This document shows, piece by piece, positions 57,581 to 64,000 of a DNA stretch of 64,000 bases; the stretch's first letter is position 1, and every line of letters begins with the position of its first letter. The stretch covers positions 3,132-67,131 of the IMG/VR virus record IMGVR_UViG_3300047388_000163. One strand, written 5' to 3'. A program made the position numbers and the translations under genes. A model generated the notes under the pieces. The model was not told the origin of the DNA. It saw nothing but the letters and a program-made list of their open reading frames with translations, and did no database searches. This DNA is from a virus.

Positions 57581-58035
57581 ACGACGCCGGAGGGCTTTTG
57601 CCGGCGCCGTTAAACTAAGTCCGATGATGCTTGCAGGCTGTTCGGACGGGTAACAACGATGATTTAGGCAATATCTCGCCTTTCGTCAACCCCCGTCTAA
57701 ACCCCGCAAAGCAGCATCGGTTCCAAGCCCGCTAAGTAGCGGCCGATGAACGATTTACGCTGTTGAGGTCTGCCCGGTGGTTCCCGCTCATAGAGGCAAA
57801 ATCCAGATTCGAGTAATTCCGGCATTTGAAGGAGCGCGGGACTAAGCCCCCGGTCCGAGCAAACGCCGCCATAGGCTATGCTCGCATCTACGACATGAAC
57901 GGCAAAATACCTTCCTACAGGTTGTAGGGCTGGGCGGTTGGTCCCCGAAATCGGACATCGTAGGTATACGCGCTAGTATGGCTCCCCAGTGCTCTGGCTG
58001 TCCCTCTGGGTAGCCGGGAAGAGCGGGGAGCGGGC
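57581..58035 (+). ncRNA. candidate long structured RNA or replication-control region
   Basis: About 450 nt without a credible ORF, dense in stem-loops. Confidence 0.4.
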
Positions 58036-58076
58036 TATAAAGGATACGGAACTGGAAATGAACAAAGGAGAAAAAT

Positions 58077-58514
58077 ATGAGCAAAATCAGATACAAAATT
58101 GTTCCAGGTGCGGGGAATATTTGTCCGAGGTGCAAATTGGCGACACAAATTCGTGAACACAAGTTCATTACTCAAAAGCGTCTCAATCAGCCCTTCTACT
58201 ATTCAAGATGGTTCAATTGTATCAATCCGAATTGCCAGACGACGGCGATTATGCCGGAAAAATTCAGGGTCATGCGCAATCAGAAGCAAATGACCTTGAA
58301 GACCGAGCCGGATATTTCTTCGGCGCGCATTTCAGAACAAGAACGTCACTTTCTTTCTTTGATCAATTCTGAAGATGCTACCATCGGGGTAGGGACATCT
58401 ATTGGCGCTCGGCTACATCGGCGAGGCCTTGTACAAATCGCAAAATCTGGTCGTTACGGCATCACCGAAGCAGGAAAGAAGGTTTGCGGCGAACAGGAGG
58501 AAACAGCATGCTGA
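58077..58514 (+). CDS. Zn-ribbon plus winged-helix-like hypothetical protein
   Basis: AAGGAG RBS; CPRC...C..PNC; LHRRGLV....YGITEAG. Confidence 0.6.
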   Translation: MSKIRYKIVPGAGNICPRCKLATQIREHKFITQKRLNQPFYYSRWFNCINPNCQTTAIMPEKFRVMRNQKQMTLKTEPDISSARISEQERHFLSLINSEDATIGVGTSIGARLHRRGLVQIAKSGRYGITEAGKKVCGEQEETAC

Positions 58515-58936
58515 CCTCTCAAACGCTGGCGCGAATCACTGAATTACGCTTGGACCTGATCACCGAGACGGCTGTGATAGAGATCCTGGAGGCTGAAATA
58601 GCCGCAGCGGTATCTACGGGATCCTCGGTCGCATTGCAGTTACCTGCAGATTGGCCCCACGATTACCGAGAACAGTTCTGGCGCAGATATCCCAACAAGA
58701 CAGCCAAGCCCAGAGCTATGAAATCGTTGGATAAAATAGCGTACGCAGGTAAGATGCGCTGGGCCGGTTTGATGGATGGTCTTGAACGGTATAATAGATC
58801 ACCCAAGGTAATGGGCGGGTTTGTAAAAAATCCTGCGACATGGCTGAATGACGAAGGCTGGAACGACGGCCCACAGCCAAATGGACCGAAAAAGAAGCTG
58901 AGTTTCTTCGAAATCGCAGCTGGGCACGGTGATTGA
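58508..58936 (+). CDS. replication-initiator-like protein (C-terminal domain only)
   Basis: FWRRYPNK.AK..A, FVKNPATWLNDEGWND. Confidence 0.65.
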   Translation: MLTSQTLARITELRLDLITETAVIEILEAEIAAAVSTGSSVALQLPADWPHDYREQFWRRYPNKTAKPRAMKSLDKIAYAGKMRWAGLMDGLERYNRSPKVMGGFVKNPATWLNDEGWNDGPQPNGPKKKLSFFEIAAGHGD

Positions 58937-59156
58937 AATGAAACCTGATCGTTTTGGAAATAGGGCCATGCTTGATAAAATGGATGAATCTGAGCCATTT
59001 TTCATTTTACGCGGCCAAGATGCTTTCTCGGCTCATCTGGTTAAGTTGTGGGCGGATCTAGCAGAGAGCGCTGGAACCAACGGTGCCAAAGTCCTGAATG
59101 CTCGCCAATGTGCCAGAGCAATGCGGAATTGGACCAAAAAGAAGATACCAGACTGA
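58929..59156 (+). CDS. hypothetical protein (EPFFILRGQD type)
   Basis: Recurrent phage motif EP.F.LR.QD. Confidence 0.65.
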   Translation: MIEMKPDRFGNRAMLDKMDESEPFFILRGQDAFSAHLVKLWADLAESAGTNGAKVLNARQCARAMRNWTKKKIPD

Positions 59157-59932
59157 TGGCAAATGACCTTACGACAGCCGAGGGCAAGGAATTCTCAACC
59201 GATACGGTGACCCTCCAAGGCCTGCAGACGACCGTGCAGAGGCTTTACGGTGCGCTGGGCAAGGATGGCACCCGAGACACATTGCCCGCTCTGCCGCCTC
59301 CCCAGCTCCGTGGTCGCATGCGGGCGCGTCAACTGGACCTGAACACGCAGCTGCGGCCAATTTCGATGGCATCTGCTGAGCGCGATCGGGCATTCAAGGC
59401 GATCTCCGCGCTGTTGGGGGGGTATCTCAACATCAAATCGGACAATCCTCAGGCGGTTGCCGCCGGCTACACGGCCCATCTGATTGAACAGCCGCTATTC
59501 GCCATCCTCCAAGCCTGCGATGATTTCAAAAACCGCCGTGTTTACGATCTAAATGCTGACGGCGAGCGCGTTCCATTCACAATCGACCATGCCCCATCAG
59601 CCTTCCGATTGCTTGATCAGGTCAAGAAATGCGCCGCAGACATGCGCGAGGAGCATTACCAGATCGGCCGGGTATTGGCGGTAAAGCAGATCGCCACAAC
59701 GCCGATGATATCCCCCGACGAGCAAGCCCGTGTCGCTGCGGCAATGCGGTTGAGATCAATGGAGCTCGGTTCCGTGGCAGATGCTGGGCACCAGGCCGAC
59801 ATGACCAAAACCCAACGAGAGGCACAGGAAGCCCGCGATCGGGCGGCCAAGATCACCGAGGACGGTATCCGCCGACGCGCCGCATTCAGCGCTGAGCAGG
59901 AAGCTCAATCGTATGAGGATCTGGTGAGATGA
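59156..59932 (+). CDS. putative helicase loader / replication protein
   Basis: Downstream of initiator; PLFAILQAC...HAPS motif. Confidence 0.45.
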   Translation: MANDLTTAEGKEFSTDTVTLQGLQTTVQRLYGALGKDGTRDTLPALPPPQLRGRMRARQLDLNTQLRPISMASAERDRAFKAISALLGGYLNIKSDNPQAVAAGYTAHLIEQPLFAILQACDDFKNRRVYDLNADGERVPFTIDHAPSAFRLLDQVKKCAADMREEHYQIGRVLAVKQIATTPMISPDEQARVAAAMRLRSMELGSVADAGHQADMTKTQREAQEARDRAAKITEDGIRRRAAFSAEQEAQSYEDLVR

Positions 59933-60122
59933 TTCCATTGAGCGAGCGCACGACAGAATTTGACGAAATGCTGGCGCGATTGGATGAAATCTCCAGAAGG
60001 TCGCGTCACCTTGGAATATCGCTGGCCGCTTATCCAGTGGCCGATATAGAGCGAGTTGTGGCAATTTTGGCTGCTGGCCAGTTTTTCCGACCGAAAATAG
60101 TTTCAAATACGGAAAATTCCCA

Positions 60123-60302
60123 ATGAAACCATGTCTATGCATGGACTGCGCCCAGCCAATGACGGTGGAAGAAATCCACTATTACGAATCACGGTGCGAG
60201 AATTGTGAACGGGCTTGGAGCGATCGAATCGGGGCATGGATGCGCCGTGAAACCGAGGAGCCGGAGATGGAAGCGATGTTCGGGGCGCCCAAACCAAAAT
60301 AA
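60123..60302 (+). CDS. small Zn-finger protein (not in ORF track)
   Basis: MKPCLCMDC...RCENCERAW; ATGA coupling. Confidence 0.5.
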   Translation: MKPCLCMDCAQPMTVEEIHYYESRCENCERAWSDRIGAWMRRETEEPEMEAMFGAPKPK

Positions 60303-60389
60303 TTCGTAAACCAACCGTTGACATCAATGTAAACCTGTGCTTTATGGGGTTGAGACAACGAGGCTCGGCAGAAACGGAGATCAGATCGC

Positions 60390-60596
60390 ATGAAAATCCT
60401 GACAGCCTCCATTCTCATCGGCCAAGGCCCAGATCGAGTTTTTCTGAACACTGACATGCCGAGCTCTTTCGCCATGTACAGCGAGCCTTTGATGATTCAG
60501 TTCGAGGCTGAGAGAGGGACCGGCGCGGAATACGTGAGGAATAATTTCGGCCTTGAGCCAACGATTATTCACCGTTCTGCCAGATCGCAGGCCTGA
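60390..60596 (+). CDS. hypothetical protein with possible own promoter
   Basis: TTGACA at 60318; GGAG RBS. Confidence 0.55.
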   Translation: MKILTASILIGQGPDRVFLNTDMPSSFAMYSEPLMIQFEAERGTGAEYVRNNFGLEPTIIHRSARSQA

Positions 60597-60667
60597 CCCG
60601 ATATCCCTCATCCCCTCCCAAGGCGAGCTAGACAGGCTCGCCATCACCTGAAAGGACCACCGATGCC

Positions 60668-61060
60668 ATGAAGATTTCCTGTGATTGCTCTAATTGCAAA
60701 GGATGCTGCATTGAGGTGCCGGGGTGGTTTACTCCTGCGGAAGCGTTGCTTGCGATCGAGGCAGGTTTTGCAAATCGTCTTTCTGCTGTGAAGGAAGACG
60801 GTGTCATTGCAATCGCTCCTTCACCGGTGGGATATGAGGGCCAAGAAAAGCGTCATGGACCGGGGATCTGCAACTTCTTCACCAAGGATGGTCTCTGCGA
60901 GATTCATGATTCTGGTTTCAAGCCAATTGAATGCCGCACTGGTTTTGGGTGCTCGCCTGGATCTGACTATCCAGAACTCGAAACAATGCATGAAATGTGG
61001 GTCAGTGAAGAGGGCCAGAACGCCGTAAAAATATGGAGAAAAGCCAATGCCACTTCCTGA
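60668..61060 (+). CDS. YkgJ-family Cys-cluster protein
   Basis: CSNCKGCC...CNFF...LCEIH...KPIECR. Confidence 0.75.
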   Translation: MKISCDCSNCKGCCIEVPGWFTPAEALLAIEAGFANRLSAVKEDGVIAIAPSPVGYEGQEKRHGPGICNFFTKDGLCEIHDSGFKPIECRTGFGCSPGSDYPELETMHEMWVSEEGQNAVKIWRKANATS

Positions 61061-61478
61061 AGGCTACCTTCCCCGCAAGGGCGATGAGGTTCTTGTCCGC
61101 GCACGAGCAAAGCGCGATACGAATATTGATGTTGATTCCGAAGGATATTTAGAGCTTGTTGGCCAAGAGCACCATAAGTTTTTCATGAATGTTTCCGAAA
61201 TCCATTCGCTCTATAGGCGCCAATGGAACGAGGGCGATCGGGTCAAGAGCATCGAATTCTATGGCCCCGGCCTTGTAATCGGCATTTCTGATGAATGGGT
61301 ATGGGTTCTGTGTGAGACTGGCGAGGATGAGGGCGGCCGATATACGCTGACTGCCAACGAGCTGGAGCCATGGGTTGAGCCTGCCGAAATCATGACGCAA
61401 GAGGATATCAAGCGAGCTTTTGCTCCTTCGCCCGTCTCACAGTCCATTGTCGGAGACGACGAACCGATCGAAGGCTGA
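61047..61478 (+). CDS. hypothetical protein
   Basis: GGAG RBS. Confidence 0.6.
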   Translation: MPLPEGYLPRKGDEVLVRARAKRDTNIDVDSEGYLELVGQEHHKFFMNVSEIHSLYRRQWNEGDRVKSIEFYGPGLVIGISDEWVWVLCETGEDEGGRYTLTANELEPWVEPAEIMTQEDIKRAFAPSPVSQSIVGDDEPIEG

Positions 61479-61484
61479 TCAAAA

Positions 61485-61739
61485 ATGGCCGATCAAAGCG
61501 ATGAAGACCTATGCGGTAGCGAACGCGAATTGATTCGCAAGACGCGGCCACCGAATTATAAGTGGCAGCCAATTGAGACTGCACCTCGCACTAAGGATTT
61601 CATCGCTCATCTCGGCAATGGCTATATCACGCGAGCGCGCTTTATAAGCGGCAAGTTCTTTGCGGCAGATTCGATGGGTGAAGGTAAAGGCAATACAGAA
61701 CCCACCCATTGGATGCCACTACCGGATCCGCCGAAATGA
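61485..61739 (+). CDS. DUF551-like protein
   Basis: WQPIETAP...PTHWMPLPDPP. Confidence 0.75.
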   Translation: MADQSDEDLCGSERELIRKTRPPNYKWQPIETAPRTKDFIAHLGNGYITRARFISGKFFAADSMGEGKGNTEPTHWMPLPDPPK

Positions 61740-61829
61740 ATTCCCAGCAACTAGCCGATTACCTCCTACGAATCTGGCAAGAAAACCGACATCTGCCGCC
61801 GGAACAGAGATTGCCGAAGGAATAATTGC

Positions 61830-62123
61830 GTGAAATGCCCATGCTGCAACGGATCTGGCGTTATATTCGAGGAAGAACCTCCGGTCAGGTTGACGCGTAA
61901 ACAAAAGCAAATCTGGAATGCAGTTCGGCGCAGTCCCCATGGATTGGCTATAAACGATTTGGTTTCACTGATCTATTCGGATGATCCTGATGGCGGACCT
62001 CTTTATGCGGATGAAGTAATAAGAACAACGGTTTGTCACCTCAACAAGAGACTTGCCGTTGTTGGGCAATGCATTAGCGGCCGTAGAAATGGCTACGGCG
62101 GATATCGATTATACCAGGATTGA
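61830..62123 (+). CDS. winged-helix (OmpR C-terminal-like) regulator
   Basis: LTRKQ, LIYSD, VCHLNKRL, GGYRL. Confidence 0.6.
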   Translation: MKCPCCNGSGVIFEEEPPVRLTRKQKQIWNAVRRSPHGLAINDLVSLIYSDDPDGGPLYADEVIRTTVCHLNKRLAVVGQCISGRRNGYGGYRLYQD

Positions 62124-62127
62124 TTGA

Positions 62128-62346
62128 ATGAAAGAAAAATGCCGCAACGGCCATCGGCTCAATGAGAAGCTAGTTTATTATTTCACCCACAAGAACGGGA
62201 AGGTATACAATATCTGCCGGAGATGCCGAAGCGAGGCCAGCAAACGCAGATATCAAGCCGATGAGATCTTCCGAGAGCGCGTGAAGGGTGTATCCTTGGC
62301 TAGGTATCACCGTCTTGCAAACAGGACAGAAATAAATGCCGGTTGA
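62128..62346 (+). CDS. hypothetical protein (CxNGH...CRRC)
   Basis: Zn-binding motif common in HNH-associated ORFs. Confidence 0.5.
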   Translation: MKEKCRNGHRLNEKLVYYFTHKNGKVYNICRRCRSEASKRRYQADEIFRERVKGVSLARYHRLANRTEINAG

Positions 62347-62611
62347 CGCACCTATTTCGGACACTAGCCGAGCCAAAATGCATGATCCATCAATGTCATG
62401 GCCGGAATCTGTGGCTCTTACATTGACTTGGATCAAGGAAAACGGCCGCAAAGCCACCAGAACCCAGATCATCTCGGCCGATCAGTTTTATGGACGTGGC
62501 TCATTCGGAGCCCCTGTGGAAGGCCAAGCCTTGATTGCAGCAATAGACCGGATGCGTCGTTTAGGTCCACCCAAGCCCATTCGTAAAGGTCAGAGGCAGC
62601 AAGGTGATTAA
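62336..62611 (+). CDS. hypothetical protein
   Basis: Coupled ORF. Confidence 0.55.
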   Translation: MPVDAPISDTSRAKMHDPSMSWPESVALTLTWIKENGRKATRTQIISADQFYGRGSFGAPVEGQALIAAIDRMRRLGPPKPIRKGQRQQGD

Positions 62612-63228
62612 TGGGATGGTCCATAGAACCAGCCATGATCAAGGAAAAAGACAACGCTCCAGTCGGCTCAAAACCGATAAAACGTGAGCGTTATGAGCTA
62701 TTTGCTCAAGCTATGGCTCAAGGCCAAAGCGTAGAAAAGGCATACACTGCCGCCGGTTACCGACCATCTCGCGCTGCTGGTCATGTGTTACGGAAAAAAA
62801 TTGAAATTCAACAGCGTGTTGCATTTCTTTTCAGCGAGCGGTCGCGGGTTATCAACCAATCCACCGTTGAGGCGATTGAGCAGACGGCTCTCACCAAAAA
62901 GTGGGTGATTGAGAATCTTCGCGAGAATGCATTGAAATGTTTGGGGAAGTTGCCGATAAAGGTCACTCAGACTGAGGGCATGCCGGCTATTGAGGAGTTT
63001 GATTGGCAGCCTGGCCCGGCCAATCGAGCTCTGGAGCTTCTAGGGCGTGAGCTCAACATGTTCATAGAGCGCCATGAGGTTGGAGAACCTGGAGAATTTG
63101 CCCGGATGAGCGATGCGGAGCTGAGCCAGGCGCTGCTGGAGCAAGCTGAGAAGCTTGAGATTGAGTTGCCGCAGCATTTGCTAACGTATCAGCCAGCGAA
63201 TCCCGAGGATGATGGTGAGGCGGAATAA
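62611..63228 (+). CDS. terS: terminase small subunit
   Basis: ELFAQ...AYTAAGY...IQQRV..L, LTKKWVI..L, ANRALELLGRELNMF.ER. Confidence 0.8.
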   Translation: MGWSIEPAMIKEKDNAPVGSKPIKRERYELFAQAMAQGQSVEKAYTAAGYRPSRAAGHVLRKKIEIQQRVAFLFSERSRVINQSTVEAIEQTALTKKWVIENLRENALKCLGKLPIKVTQTEGMPAIEEFDWQPGPANRALELLGRELNMFIERHEVGEPGEFARMSDAELSQALLEQAEKLEIELPQHLLTYQPANPEDDGEAE

Positions 63229-63329
63229 TTGTGCCATGGCACTGAAAATATTTGTTGTGCCGCGCTTGTTTCTGTGCCAATAAATGTGCCATCGGCGCCT
63301 CGCGATTCCTCAGGGGCATGGAGCAAAAG

Positions 63330-64000
<671 letters not shown>

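Noticed and set aside
57581-58035. Group II intron, retron or DGR template
   Set aside because: No domain V consensus, no reverse transcriptase and no matching variable repeat seen
60291-60335. GTAAACC repeats around TTGACA as an operator, also at 54472
   Set aside because: Only 7 bp and three copies; cannot be told from chance by eye

Overview
Most of the genome of a tailed dsDNA phage, probably a podovirus. The gene order is HTVC010P-like (portal, GroES, scaffold, decoration protein, capsid, adaptors, nozzle, ejection proteins), and no tape measure or tail tube gene was recognised. The host is probably an alphaproteobacterium, given the GcrA-like and GapR-like genes. On the + strand, 1-42.7 kb covers morphogenesis and lysis. 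On the - strand, 42.7-54.5 kb holds early genes (HD hydrolase, MazG-like, GcrA, HNH, Bet, DUF5131). On the + strand, 54.5-64 kb holds Cro-like, RusA, replication-like and TerS genes and ends in a GCC/Ala repeat. No TerL, integrase, CI repressor, DNA polymerase, tRNA or CRISPR array was seen. The most striking signal is a recurrent [R/K/F/Y/M/L]-[A/D/E/K]-x-G-G-x-[V/I/M] double-glycine motif, about 25 copies in six putative virion-internal proteins. It sits at the domain boundaries of two large ejection proteins, which suggests a motif-directed polyprotein processing or cargo-loading system. A permuted papain-fold peptidase is a candidate processing enzyme. Other notable signals are Sec-type signal peptides on tail-region proteins, two structured non-coding regions, a hairpin-gated HNH promoter, an ATC start codon and several in-frame stops or junctions. 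All product calls come from motif recognition by eye; no searches were run.
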